Positions 51,224-62,826 of a stretch of DNA of 64,000 nt are shown here, piece after piece; the stretch's first letter is position 1; each line of letters starts with the position of its first letter. This stretch comes from a virus (Duplodnaviria; Heunggongvirae; Uroviricota; Caudoviricetes), in the IMG/VR virus record IMGVR_UViG_3300028601_000019, positions 68,130 to 132,129 of that record, one strand, 5' to 3'. The notes beneath the pieces were generated by a model. That model ran no database searches, had not been told where the DNA came from, and saw nothing but the letters and a program-made list of their open reading frames with translations. Position numbers and translations under genes: made by a program.

Positions 51224-51669
51224 TAAAAAATATCCTCTACTTCTGGTTGATGATAAATTGTTACATCCCAAGAAGGATCAACATCTTGCCAACGTGCTTT
51301 CATTTTTTTCATTGTTTCTTCTGGTACATTATGAATAGTTTCATATTGAGTATACATATTAATGATGATTATATTGAGATTTGGAAAGATTTCTTTCAAC
51401 GCAACATATCTTTCCATTTCCCAATTGGTTGTAAACGTGTTGGAGACAATTACATCCATTCCACCTTTAAGAGCTTTCATTGTGCTATAATAACACCAAT
51501 TATGAGCATCTTTGATTCTATCAGCATCAAATTCATAACCATTTGGGGTTTCATAAAACATATCTGTTTCAAGTCTTTCATACATGAAGTGATTCTTTTC
51601 TTTGATTTTCTTAGCGAAAGTAGACTTACCAGACCCCGGAAGACCACGAACTAAAATTAATTTACTCAT
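51223..51669 (-). CDS. P-loop kinase (AAA_33 / polynucleotide-kinase-like)
   Basis: LVRGLPGSGKSTFA, ETD, VIVSNTF, HNVP. Confidence 0.85.
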   Translation of the reverse strand: MSKLILVRGLPGSGKSTFAKKIKEKNHFMYERLETDMFYETPNGYEFDADRIKDAHNWCYYSTMKALKGGMDVIVSNTFTTNWEMERYVALKEIFPNLNIIIINMYTQYETIHNVPEETMKKMKARWQDVDPSWDVTIYHQPEVEDIF

Positions 51670-52236
51670 TATAAAACTCCAAAATACATTGTTTGAAAAT
51701 ATCTGGTGAAACCATAATGCTTTTTCCCTCTACTGTTTCTGGAAAAGACAAATAATATAATCTGTCTTGATATTCATAAAGTTTTTCAAGACTTTCTTGT
51801 ACTTCAGCCACCGTCGTATCTTCATATTTTATCTTAACAACTTTTCCATAAGGCATTGTAATTTCAAGAATTATCATATTAGCTACCTATTCCTCAATTC
51901 CACAGTGTTTAAGAATTTCTTCTGCCAATCTATAATCAATAATTGAGTTAATATCAAAATCAATTCCATCAAGGTCATCGATCACTTCATCAATCCAATC
52001 TTCCATTTCCTTAATCATATTCTTTCCTAATATACTGGGTTATCATGTTTTTCAAACTGGGGATAGGGAACCTCAATACACAGTTTGGGGTCTACTCCAT
52101 GCTTCTTCATATAGTCAACAGTTTTCTTCTTACTATTGTAAAGAAGAACAAAACCATAAGATCTACCATCATGAATTATTTCATAACCATACATCTTCAT
52201 GATAATCTCCAAATAAATTGTTGTTTTGTTAAGATC

Positions 52237-52265
52237 AGAATAACAAAACGATGAGCATTTGTACA
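52237..52265 (-). promoter_or_regulatory. Early-type promoter TGTACA-N17-TATTCT
   Basis: The -10 box and leader (52214-52242) are identical over 29 bp to 62001-62029. Confidence 0.75.
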
Positions 52266-52299
52266 TATAAAATTTAAAAAATAAATCTAATTAAACAAA

Positions 52300-52476
52300 C
52301 TACTTATTATAAATAAGAAAATCCTACAAAAAATCAATATATTTATACATCATTTTTTGAAGGATTTCTAGAATTTCTTCTAAGTATTTAGATTCATTAG
52401 GAAAACTAAGAATTTGGAGGATTTCTAAGTTATTGATATAATTAGGCTTCCTAAAATCATCAAGAATCTTGAGTTT
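52300..52476 (-). repeat. Copy 2 (inverted) of the dispersed ~180-bp non-coding element
   Basis: Core 52373-52412 is the exact reverse complement of 32514-32553. Confidence 0.9.
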
Positions 52477-52483
52477 TCCAGAC

Positions 52484-53333
52484 TTACCAAACATCTTCAG
52501 AAAATAAAATTGTTAGATTAGAGGCTCTATCCAAAAGTTGATTTGCTTCACGAGCAATCTTCTTTGCTTCCTTTCTATCAACAAAAGGTCTAAGATTTGT
52601 TTCAAATCCTTGCTCAGTTTTACTATTCATTTCCAAAGAAAACATCGTTTCTGGTATGATTCTAAAAACATTATGGTGTCTTGCTGGGGCTGGCAATGAC
52701 CAAATTTCACCAGTTTCCTTATGTCTAATAGCCGCTGCTAAAATTCTTTCTTGCATTACCAACCTCTTGTTGAAAGATAAATCTTGGCATCTAGCCCAGT
52801 AATTCTTTTAAAATTTTCTTTAGCTACTTTAATAGGAAGTTCTAAAACATCAAGATTAATCTCTGTAGCATTATAATCTTCACTATTTTCAATCACAATT
52901 CCCCAAAGACTATGTTCTGTAGGTGCATCATAATATGGTTGAATACACTCAATGTTTTCCACTTCATCAAAATCTTTAGGTAGATACTCACTCCAAAGCC
53001 CAACAACAATAACAGCACTATAATCAATACCCATTATTATCTTCTCCTTACAAGTTTCCTCATATAAGTTTCTCCAGTCTTTACATACTCTGTCCTGAAC
53101 TCAAGAACTTCTTCTTCCTTTTCATAAATTTCAAATTCATCAAAAAGTTTTTTGTGATAACCAACCAACTCTTTACACGCTAGTAGATAAAAGTTTTCAT
53201 CCAAAACCAAATCTTTATGAAACAGACAGATGTCAATCAGACGATAAACATAGTTCTCCAACTCAATATGAACCAACTCAACATCAATGTCGAACAGATC
53301 TTCAAGTTCTTTACAAATTCTCTTAATGTCCAT
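52484..53333 (-). other. Three small early hypothetical genes
   Basis: Abutting intact ORFs. Confidence 0.55.
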
Positions 53334-53335
53334 AA

Positions 53336-53725
53336 TTACTCCAAAAGTCGTAGTTTATCTGTAATACCAATAAATTCATCATTCCAACACGGACCAATGC
53401 CCACACAAGTATATGTAGGTTTATCAAAGAATGTTAATCCACGATCCTCTACGAGAAAACATGGAAGCCTTCTATCCAATGCTTTTTCATATACATCAAG
53501 CAATTTCTTTTCAGACTTAACATATACAACAATCTTTGTAAAAATACCGTCTAACCAATCTTCTCTTGCAGAACCAATAGGTAAGTTAATAAAGATTGTA
53601 TCTAAATTTCTTGTAGTAGTATCTAAAAGAGCACCCATAGAAGCGTGAGCCACTTGTGCTGCTAGTTTTCCAGTAGGCATATTCAAAGATTTATTAACAA
53701 CAATAACTTGTTTAGTTTCCAACAT
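53336..53725 (-). CDS. pth2: Peptidyl-tRNA hydrolase, Pth2 family
   Basis: KQVIVV...MPTGKLAAQVAHAS, KIVV, DRGLT, TCVGIGP. Confidence 0.9.
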   Translation of the reverse strand: MLETKQVIVVNKSLNMPTGKLAAQVAHASMGALLDTTTRNLDTIFINLPIGSAREDWLDGIFTKIVVYVKSEKKLLDVYEKALDRRLPCFLVEDRGLTFFDKPTYTCVGIGPCWNDEFIGITDKLRLLE

Positions 53726-53980
53726 TACTAATCCACCTCAATTGGTTGAATGATTATTTCCCACGCATAAGAACAAAAATCCTGAGCACTATAAGTTCCG
53801 TCTTTTCTTTTAAAAATTTCACTATGTTTTTTATGAAATGTTTCTAAAATTTGTTGTTGGACAAACGCAAGAGAATCTTCCAATGATTGTTTGTATCCAA
53901 GTTCAACAACGTGAATGTCATCTGGATCTCTCCATGTATCTGCCGCATTCATCTGTTTGTAAATTCTATAGACTATCATC

Positions 53981-54262
53981 TTATTCTCCCTCATATTCCC
54001 ACAATACAGCGTTACAATACGCATGAACAGCACCCAAAGTCAATCCAGTATCATGATCATGATGAAGATGAATTGGATTTTTAAAAAATCCATCTGGGTA
54101 AAGATGTTCATGAATTTTTAATTTTAAAACTTCAATAGGTGGCTCTTCATCAAGTTTTCCGCCACAATGACAACATTTTCCCTTTTGAAGATGTACATAT
54201 TCTTCCCTCACAAGACGCCTGAAAGAAGGATCAAGAGTTTCATAATTAACTGGTAATTTCAT
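53981..54262 (-). CDS. Endonuclease VII-like HNH domain protein
   Basis: Q..KCCHC...HLHHDHDTG...GAVHAYCN. Confidence 0.75.
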   Translation of the reverse strand: MKLPVNYETLDPSFRRLVREEYVHLQKGKCCHCGGKLDEEPPIEVLKLKIHEHLYPDGFFKNPIHLHHDHDTGLTLGAVHAYCNAVLWEYEGE

Positions 54263-55353
54263 TATGCATCTTCCCCCTGCTTGGAAGTTAAAAATTTGTT
54301 ACTCACAACTTTAAAACTAAAGTCTACATCATGACACTTTAGAACCCAACCTTCTACCCACACTTTATTATTTAATGTGGACTTATGTTCTACCATTTGC
54401 AATAGCTTTTCAGCTGTATGCGTTTCATCTAATATAAATATAGCATTTAAAATTGGAATATGATTATCTGTTTCATTCCCAATATTTGCAATACCCCACA
54501 TACAAAACCTTTCATATGGAGTTAAATATCTTTGCTCAGTAATATCATAAATATCAAATAATTTAAAATGTTGTCCTTTTAAATTATACATATTTCCATT
54601 AATTCCCTCGCCAACTATTTCACCCTGAAGAGCATAAAATTTTCCACTAATAATTTGAAATTTTCTAAGAATTATTTCAATATTTGATTCTCTTGCTACT
54701 TTCCAATATGTATTAGTTTCTGCTTCTTTTAATTCTCTATTTCTTGAACATACACCAAAAACAATTTCATCATCTATGTTGTTAAGATAAAAGGTTGAAC
54801 TTGTTCCATGAAGTTTTTCAGTAATTTCAAAAGATTCTCCATAGTAATTCGGAAGCACCCTTGTAAGGTTTTGAACTCTTTCCTGGTCCGTCTTCGGAAT
54901 GAAGGAAGGAAAATCACCCTTAACCACTCCACGAAGTTCAGCAGAAATAGGAAGTTCCCACTTCTGAATACCAAGAATGTTGGTTAGGTCTGTTCCCTCT
55001 CTTAATGGCTCATAAGGAATCAAATCAACAATATCATTAAGATAATGTATTGATAAAAGAAGTCCTTGGCTGTATATACCTTTCATCCGTTTTGTCTTTA
55101 ATCTCTGGCCCTCCACCTCATTATACACTTTAGGGAAATGGCCATCTTGGGTCAAAAATGGAGCAATAGTGTGAGGAACCCACGAATCAATTTCTATATA
55201 ACAAGCCAAATCACCCTTGTTCATTTCCCCTTTCTTTCCAACAAGAGTCCACCCGCCCACCTTATAAAGGTCAATACGATCAGCACCTTCTATAGGCTGA
55301 ACATCATCAATTTTAACCACATAAGCCATAGCTCTTTCGCCATTAATTAACAT
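54262..55353 (-). CDS. RNA ligase (DRB0094/Rnl2-like)
   Basis: IEGADRI, YIEIDSWVP, FPSFIPKTDQER, TEKLHGTS, LQGEIVG, EGWV, FKVVSN.FL. Confidence 0.85.
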   Translation of the reverse strand: MLINGERAMAYVVKIDDVQPIEGADRIDLYKVGGWTLVGKKGEMNKGDLACYIEIDSWVPHTIAPFLTQDGHFPKVYNEVEGQRLKTKRMKGIYSQGLLLSIHYLNDIVDLIPYEPLREGTDLTNILGIQKWELPISAELRGVVKGDFPSFIPKTDQERVQNLTRVLPNYYGESFEITEKLHGTSSTFYLNNIDDEIVFGVCSRNRELKEAETNTYWKVARESNIEIILRKFQIISGKFYALQGEIVGEGINGNMYNLKGQHFKLFDIYDITEQRYLTPYERFCMWGIANIGNETDNHIPILNAIFILDETHTAEKLLQMVEHKSTLNNKVWVEGWVLKCHDVDFSFKVVSNKFLTSKQGEDA

Positions 55354-55365
55354 AATTTATCCCTC

Positions 55366-56136
55366 TTAAGAATCGTTTGTACTTCGTTGAGTTTTAAATA
55401 CCTCTATAGCAACATCTATAGAGTTGATATCTTTAAGATGACTCCAATACATTCCATCTGGATATTTTGTATGTTTTCTATAAAAAGTAAAGCCGTTAAT
55501 AGTTTCATCTTTCTTTGCTACATATCTTGTACCAAGAAATGTAAATTCTTTTTCTTCTACAGGTCCTATACCACTTTCTCTTGATTCAATGTCTTTGAAA
55601 ATGTAATCAATAACCAAATCTGAATTAACAAATTCCTCATTAATAGTAACTTTACACTCTGTCAACATTTTTTTAATTTCATTCTCAAGATGTTTTGATT
55701 CTGTAAAAGAATGAACCCGACCTTCATTTTCAAAATTGAAACTTTCGTTTAAATTAATGAAATAGTTAATGTTTGGATAATTATGAAATGTTGAAGTCAC
55801 AAGATTTTTAAAATGTTCTATATCGTAAAAGCTGTCTTTTTGAAGATAAGTATTTGAAAGAATAATAGGGCTATCCATAATAACATAGTCATAAGAATCT
55901 TTTAATCTAAAAAGTTTTCTGTTCTGATTGGCAAAGATATGAAGTTGGTCTTCTTGAATGAGTTTAAATCTTTCTTCAAAGACACATTCCTTTGCATACT
56001 CTTGAACAAATTCAACAGAAAATCCGTTGATTTTCATCATATAAAACAGCCCTGAAGCAAGTGTAGATTTACCAACTCCAGGAGCACCAAAAATATTGAT
56101 TACATTTTTAAGCTTCATCGTCTTCCTCATATACAT
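55366..56136 (-). CDS. AAA_28/NadR-like P-loop protein
   Basis: IFGAPGVGKST, EYAKE, MDSP. Confidence 0.75.
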   Translation of the reverse strand: MYMRKTMKLKNVINIFGAPGVGKSTLASGLFYMMKINGFSVEFVQEYAKECVFEERFKLIQEDQLHIFANQNRKLFRLKDSYDYVIMDSPIILSNTYLQKDSFYDIEHFKNLVTSTFHNYPNINYFINLNESFNFENEGRVHSFTESKHLENEIKKMLTECKVTINEEFVNSDLVIDYIFKDIESRESGIGPVEEKEFTFLGTRYVAKKDETINGFTFYRKHTKYPDGMYWSHLKDINSIDVAIEVFKTQRSTNDS

Positions 56137-58062
56137 CTACCCATGTTTCTACTTTCATTGTTTTGGCAATAACCTTACCACAATCTACACAATATGCCTC
56201 TTTCCATGTAATTGGACTAGACATATGCCCCTCTTCAAAGAAGCTCTGATTTCTAATCTGCGTTCTTTTATGAGAGCATATCTTTTGGAAAATTTTAGTT
56301 TCTTTATCTAGTTCATCTTTTAAAACATTGTACTTTTGATTAAACTCCACTTCAAGCCTATTCATCTCAATGGCCAGCATTTTAATTTTTGTTTTATTCA
56401 ATTTCCACTTCCTTCTTAATGATATAACTCCCATTATGAACAAACCCCTTATATGATGTTCCTGTTAATGATGAAGTTGTTTGAACTGTATAATCCATTA
56501 GTAACTTTACAGTTCTGGAAAACTGATCAAAGTCAATTTCATATTTTTCAAAAAACAAATAATCAACCTCTCCACCATTTATTAATTCATGTGCTTTATC
56601 TTCATCTCCATCAGCAAGAATCAAAGCGGCAAGCTCTTCATATTCAAAATAACTAGGCATCTATTTTTTCTCCTTAAGCAACTTTTTATAATGAGTAGCC
56701 TCTAGCCATCTTTTAAAAAGAAGCCTATAATATCTTGTTGGCAATATTTCCATTCCACCCGTATATACATTTCCAAAAGCGTATGGATAGTTGTTTATCC
56801 AAATTTTAATATAAAAATCATCACATTTAAATCCCAATGTAGGATATGAAAATACAACATCACATTTACCATCTTCATACATCAGAACCAAATTTTTCAA
56901 CATTTTATTTGTTTCTTTTGAGGACCACTTATTTGACACCCACATTCTTGGGCTTAAAATAACATTAATAAAATAGTCTAAAAGTTTACACCCCTTCACA
57001 AACTTATCTAAACCTTTCTTTTCTTTCCTCTTAAACATAATTTAACTCCTAAACAAGTTTCCCACATAGTTTACATTTAAAAATATCAACGCCTTTATGA
57101 TAATCTTCACTATGGAATTCGGTTTCTTCATGAGGGCAAAGATAATCACTCAAAAATGACAATTGATTTTTGTGTTCTTGTTTTATAAGTTCCCTATTAT
57201 TAATACAAGATCTAAGACATTTTATCCTTGGTTCATTATTTTTAGCGGTTTTATATAGTGCCTCTAAAATAATAGTGTTTTCATACCCACTATTCTTAAG
57301 TTCCATATAAGACCTTTCAAGATTTAAAAGAGCTTCAAGTTCTTTTGTATCCCTTTCAATGTTTTCTTGATCGTTTTGAATGTTACTTTTCAACATATAA
57401 TAACACTCTTTAAATTTCTTTTCGTATGGGTTCATATTATCCTCTCCAATGTTGTTCTTGAAGCTCTTCTTTTTCTTTATCAGTCATTAGCTCATTTTCT
57501 TCAAACTTTCTTATATCTTCTACAAGCTTTTCAATATATTCTGTCTCATAGTTTTCATATCCTATCATCTCAATTCTAAAAAGCTCATCAAGAGCTTCTT
57601 CATATTGTTCCATTGATTCAATCATTAGCTTTTCCTCTCAAGGTTCCTTATATTTCCCATAATTTCATTGATATCAACCTGCTTTGGTGGCTCAAAAGAA
57701 GGCATTCCCTCTTTATCAAGGAATCTTTTAAATAAGATACGTGCATATCTAGTTGGTAAAGCAGCACGATTTAGACGCAATTTTTCATGTGTAAAAACTT
57801 GTCCATAGGAATAAGGATAATTTGCAGTCCAAATAAAAACTTCAAATGATTCATCATCATAAAATTTTGTTGAGAACTCCATAACCTTTATTTTAAGTTT
57901 ACCCTCGTGATATTTTTTAACTAATTCATCAAGAAGGACATCTGCGTTTTTAATAGGGGGTTCTAAAGACAACAATGTAGAGGGTGAACAAATTACACTT
58001 AAAAAATAATCCAAAGTTTTGTTGAATCTAACATAACGATAAAGTCCATTCACATTTTTCAT
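56108..58062 (-). other. Array of six small early hypothetical genes; 56661-57038 and 57625-58062 are paralogous
   Basis: Shared IW.(N/A)NYPY(A/S)(F/Y)G...LPTRY.R.LFKR motif. Confidence 0.6.
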
Positions 58063-58071
58063 TTAAAACTC

Positions 58072-59019
58072 CTAATCAAAGATTTTATCAATAATTGTAG
58101 ATACATAAGCAGAATCAATTTTATCAACATCTGTCTTAGATAGCGCATCTACAAGCTGATGTAAGTAAGCTGCGTCTACGCCTGTCAAACTCTCTCTTAT
58201 CACATCATGATCCTTCAAGTCCATCTCGCTAATTTGCCACATGATCTTAAGCTGTTGCCCTGCACTAATTCTCCATCCACGTTCAATAAACTTCTTCATC
58301 CTAAAGATTGAGGCAATAGGATATAAACTTCCACGATAAATCAATGTCCTACTTAAGAGACATTCTAAAGCTTCTGGATCAAGATGTAAATAATTTTTAT
58401 CATAATCATAGTAGTTACAAGCATGTTTAAAATCATAGTTTGAATGAATTTCATCAGGATTTCCATAAAATCTAATAACAATTTGCATCTTATCACTTAA
58501 AGTAATAGCATTTTGAGAAAGAAAAATTGGCCTATATCTTGGTTTGGAATCATCTTTGATTTCTTCAGCGAGTGTGGATGCAAATTCTGTTGCATCATCC
58601 ATTCCTCTCAATTCATAATAGTCATATTCACTTTGGGTTTCTGAAGCAACTCCAGCAGACTTCATATAAATAGTAATTCTTTCTTCTTCAATTCCCTTGA
58701 TGTTCTTAATTGTTTCTTCTTTTACTTCTGGCTTGTAAGAAATTGTCATATCTTCAAATTTTTTACCATTAAGCTCAATGAATTTCTTTACATAGTATTG
58801 AGCAAGGGCTTTTGTTGCTTCCTTGGTTTTAAGGTACACGTCGTAGTCGTTCACACGTTCACCCAGTAACATTGAGGCTATTGCCCCACCAGTAACAATA
58901 GTATTCTTAGCAACTACTTGCCTAAGTTCCTCATCATCTATAGACTTAATCCAATCTTCAATTTTCTTCTTTAGATCAATCCTGATACCATTCTTCTTTC
59001 TTCCATACCTAATTTCCAT
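58072..59019 (-). CDS. Pol-beta-superfamily nucleotidyltransferase-like protein
   Basis: VTGGAIASML...VNDYDVY (GG..DxD) followed by SQNAIT and YDF.H. Confidence 0.65.
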   Translation of the reverse strand: MEIRYGRKKNGIRIDLKKKIEDWIKSIDDEELRQVVAKNTIVTGGAIASMLLGERVNDYDVYLKTKEATKALAQYYVKKFIELNGKKFEDMTISYKPEVKEETIKNIKGIEEERITIYMKSAGVASETQSEYDYYELRGMDDATEFASTLAEEIKDDSKPRYRPIFLSQNAITLSDKMQIVIRFYGNPDEIHSNYDFKHACNYYDYDKNYLHLDPEALECLLSRTLIYRGSLYPIASIFRMKKFIERGWRISAGQQLKIMWQISEMDLKDHDVIRESLTGVDAAYLHQLVDALSKTDVDKIDSAYVSTIIDKIFD

Positions 59020-61082
59020 TATTCTTTCTCCTTCATTCCATGTACGTTAAGAGTAGCAACACAACTGCAATACTTTAATTCACCACCATCAGCAAAAAGA
59101 TAATAGAAATCATCTTCTGCCCAAAGGATACCATCCAAAATCCATTCCCTTTTATTATTATCTACAAAAGTTTTTCCAATCTTATCTTTGGTTTCCTTGA
59201 TTATTTCTCTCCAATTGCCTTCACAAACACATGGAGCTACACCTTTTGGTAATTCAGATGTACGATTAGAAAATTCAGTACAAATAGGGCACTCAATTGG
59301 TTCACCTTGAAAATTACTATCACTTCCACTACAATGATTAATATGGGCAGAAAGTTCATCATATGTCAAATTTTTAATAAGTGGGCACCATGATGGAGTA
59401 ACACAATCTGCTCGTTTATGATGTGGTCTGCAACTCCATGTAATAGGTCTATATTCCCATACATGATTATCTGCCCATCTGTGTTGACAATGAACATTTT
59501 TTGCCAATGTGCAAAGAACAGCCTGATCATCGTCACAAAATGAATCTGTTGGGTCTGGATCATGCTCTACACGATGATGTGGGCAATCCATACAATTTTT
59601 ATATAGTTTCATTATCTAATTACCTGTGCCCTTACTGTTATATCACAGTTTCCTTGTTTATCGTAAAAATATGATACATGTTCACATCTTCCTTCATAAT
59701 CTACTGTTTCAACAATATCCCCTGGTCTTGGTATACTTTCACTATTGGTTTGAAATACTCCAACATTATAATTTCCTTCATAAAATCTAATGTTCATTGT
59801 CCTTCTCCATTCTTTTTTGAATTGCATGTTCACGAAAAGCAATCATTGCCCCCACAATACCAGCACAAATAATAACTACTAAAAATATAATCCAAGATAG
59901 TAAATTAAGAAAAGGAATACTAGTAAGAATTGCGAATAAGATAATTAGTGACGAATCATCTTCACCCCAATATGGTCTTCCAGTTACAAATTGCCAACCT
60001 ATAATAAGCAACCAAATGATTCCAATGATAGATACACCAAAAGATATAAATTCCATTAATTTTCACCATTTCCATATTTTTTACAAAGTTCCTTAAAAAG
60101 AGCAAATTCCCGTTCTTCACTCTCTTCTTCCAATTGCTTTTTGCGTTCCTCTTCTAATTTAAGCCTTAAAAGCAGTCTTCTTTCCTCTTCCTCTTCCATC
60201 TTTATAACCCCTTCATAAATATCTTTACCAAACAAGTCAAGCATATTATTTTCAAGTTTGAAAATTGATTTTAATTTAATTTCATTACCATTTCTAAAGA
60301 CTAACCCAGAGCAATCTTTAATAAGATCGTCATAAGTTTCATATTCTTCTATTCTATCTTCCCACCATGCCCCATTATCATATCGATTATAAACTGCATA
60401 AAATAAAATATAAGACATTTTACCCTCGCTCATTAAAAATTTCGTCGCTTTTGTTTGAGATTTCTTGGTAGAATTCTGCCATAAGCTCACTAATCTTTTC
60501 AGCTTTTGCTTTCAATTCTGGTTCGTCAAGATCTACAACACCATGCCCTAAAATGTGATCATCCCACATACAAAATATTACATGAGTTGTATGTATTACT
60601 TCATGATATCCAAACTTATCATTATACATTTTATACCTCTTTCCAAAAGGTTACAAAAACACTTGTATATGTATTAAATTCAAACTCTTCTGGCGAATCT
60701 TTTGTTTTTTGGTACTGATTTCCATCCATACCATTAACAATGGGAAAAATAGAAATAATTTTAAGATCATCATTTTCAAGTTGCCAAGATTCAAACTCTT
60801 TTGGCGTGTCAAACACCCTATACGAAACAATTTTCATGTTTAATTATCTCCTACAACTAGTTCATTCCAAACTTCAATTGCTCTTGCAAGCATCTTTTCA
60901 TTATATTCTTCAGTAGTTAATGTTCGAGGCCCGATATTATTAACTGGGGTAAAAGTTTTTTTACTTTTTATTTCACATTCCTTACACATGATTCGAATAT
61001 GAACAATCATATTCTTTCGATTTCGATTTTCTACTACAACAGGATACTCATTTCCACAGTTTGGGCAGCATTTCATTTCCAT
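59019..61082 (-). other. Array of small early genes (Cys-rich 59019-59612, membrane protein 59787-60056, Zn-ribbon 60840-61082)
   Basis: Abutting intact ORFs. Confidence 0.55.
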
Positions 61083-61118
61083 GTTAATCCCTCTTAGTTA
61101 AGATTATTTATAAAAATT

Positions 61119-61147
61119 ATTCTACATACACTATCGATCAATGTAAA
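61119..61147 (-). promoter_or_regulatory. Early-type promoter TTTACA-N17-TAGAAT
   Basis: Exact spacing, directly after a terminator. Confidence 0.7.
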
Positions 61148-61148
61148 T

Positions 61149-61176
61149 AAAAAAGGAACCTTCGGGTTCCTTTTTT
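61149..61176. terminator. Rho-independent terminator
   Basis: aaaaaaggaacc-ttcg-ggttcctttttt. Confidence 0.9.
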
Positions 61177-61540
61177 AACAATTTATTTTGTTTGGCGAGA
61201 ACCCCATAGGCCTTGCTCGATCCTCTGGTTCATCCTCGTATTCATCTGCTGGTCCTTCTTCTGTTCCAACACCATCTCCGCAAGTATTGTACCCCATAAC
61301 ATTATCTTTTGCTCCACGTTCCGCATCCATAACCTTCTCATAATAATCATTTAACGTCTCATGAAGACCCTGAACATCTGAGACAAGATTCTTATATTCA
61401 TTATAAACGAGCCATTTTTCTGTGCCATCAAGTTTTAGAATCAAATAATGTTGTTTTTTACTAATGGTTTTAACACTATATGATTCTATTTTTCCTAAAA
61501 GAAAAGAGTGTAGATTATTGTCATAAAATTGAAAAAACAT
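61175..61540 (-). CDS. Hypothetical protein with acidic tail
   Basis: Intact ORF. Confidence 0.6.
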   Translation of the reverse strand: MFFQFYDNNLHSFLLGKIESYSVKTISKKQHYLILKLDGTEKWLVYNEYKNLVSDVQGLHETLNDYYEKVMDAERGAKDNVMGYNTCGDGVGTEEGPADEYEDEPEDRARPMGFSPNKINC

Positions 61541-61576
61541 AAAACTCCTTTAAACTTTTATTTTTATTTATGAAAC

Positions 61577-61596
61577 AAAAAAGGGCCCGAAGGCCC
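61577..61596 (-). terminator. Rho-independent terminator with cUUCGg loop
   Basis: Minus strand reads gggcc-ttcg-ggccc-tttttt. Confidence 0.9.
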
Positions 61597-61601
61597 AGAA
61601 T

Positions 61602-61982
61602 TTAGGAGTTTATCATAAACATTGTTGCCTTTCGCCCACGCTTTCCATTTTCAACCTTTTCAACATTCTTGAGAATGTTATCATTCTTGCATTCCATTAC
61701 GGCGCGATGGACAAGATATGGAGAAACCGAAAGCTTTGTTGCAACATCAACAATAGAAAATACTTCAAAATTCTTCGCCATAGTCACAATTTCACTCTTA
61801 ATGAAATTATGAAGATCATTGCGAGAAGTCTTCTGAATCTTCTGCTTGGGAATCCGATTCTTCTTAACAGAGGATGGTACACAATTTGAAATTACGTTGA
61901 CTACAAGTTCTTCAACACGCGCCTTTCCAATACGGTTGTTCTTAGCAAAGTCGTTGATCAGGTTGATAATGTTGGTGTTCAT
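61602..61982 (-). CDS. Putative DNA-binding (winged-helix-like) early protein
   Basis: SIVDVATKLSVSPYLVHRAV and basic GKRGRKA. Monocistronic unit between a promoter and a terminator. Confidence 0.5.
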   Translation of the reverse strand: MNTNIINLINDFAKNNRIGKARVEELVVNVISNCVPSSVKKNRIPKQKIQKTSRNDLHNFIKSEIVTMAKNFEVFSIVDVATKLSVSPYLVHRAVMECKNDNILKNVEKVENGKRGRKATMFMINS

Positions 61983-62023
61983 GGTGTTTCTCCATTTGGT
62001 TAAATTGTTGTTTTGTTAAGATC

Positions 62024-62052
62024 AGAATATCAAAAGCCAAAATAAATGTACA
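62024..62052 (-). promoter_or_regulatory. Early-type promoter TGTACA-N17-TATTCT
   Basis: Exact spacing; leader shared with the 52237 promoter. Confidence 0.75.
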
Positions 62053-62078
62053 CAATTATTTTCAAAAAATTAAAATTT

Positions 62079-62384
62079 TTATCGCCAAGGATATGCAGAA
62101 TAAGCCTTCAATCCAGTTGCAGGAGAAATTCTACTTGGACGATCAGAAAGTTCAAGGTCGGAACGATCAAATTCATAATACTTATTTTCACTCATATCAT
62201 AGCAAACTAATCCGGAACAATCTTCATAAAACTGTCTACATTGGATCTTATCTTCTGTTATTGAAAAGGCAATCTTCTTTCCATTCTTAATAAAGACATT
62301 TCGCCGGCCATCTTGCTCGTATTGATTTTCTTCAAGAAAATCCTTAAAAATAATTCGACTAAGGTTGTTGTTTCCAATGCTCAT
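62079..62384 (-). CDS. Hypothetical protein
   Basis: ATG 62384 follows the upstream gene's stop. The longer track start is likely spurious. Confidence 0.55.
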   Translation of the reverse strand: MSIGNNNLSRIIFKDFLEENQYEQDGRRNVFIKNGKKIAFSITEDKIQCRQFYEDCSGLVCYDMSENKYYEFDRSDLELSDRPSRISPATGLKAYSAYPWR

Positions 62385-62385
62385 T

Positions 62386-62743
62386 CTAATTCTCCTTTTT
62401 AGTAAAATACATCTTTGCTTGCTGTACATTACACTTATACAGCTTTCCATCAATATCCTTAAAAACAAAAGGATATTTGTAAGAACTTTTATGATACTCA
62501 ACAAGGGTTTTTCCACAAGGACTAGAAACCTGAAGATTATAGATATTCATTACAGATTCTAGCATAGAAGAAATTCCAGATTCAGATTTTATTTTTGAAA
62601 CAAGCTTAACAGAAAATTCGTCATCATTAAAGGTAATGGTTCCAAGATTAAAAGAAACCCCTTTCGTCTCCGAACTTTTTGAGAAGAGCATCAAGTTCGG
62701 TTCTAATGGAATTAAGATTGGATTTATCAAATTTCGTAATCAT
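62386..62743 (-). pseudogene. Gene apparently frameshifted near 62660 (or an assembly indel)
   Basis: ATG 62743 (RBS ggag) gives MITKFDKSNLNSIRTELDALLKKFGDE and then stops, while KGVSFNLGTITF... continues in the +1 frame. Confidence 0.5.
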
Positions 62744-62789
62744 AGTTAGTCTCCGAGTTTGTTAGATGTTTATTTGTTCCGTTAAGATT

Positions 62790-62818
62790 AGAATAACAAA
62801 ATCGCCATTTCATGTAAA
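62790..62818 (-). promoter_or_regulatory. Early-type promoter TTTACA-N17-TATTCT
   Basis: Exact spacing, with TG extension. Confidence 0.75.
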
Positions 62819-62826
62819 CAAAAACT

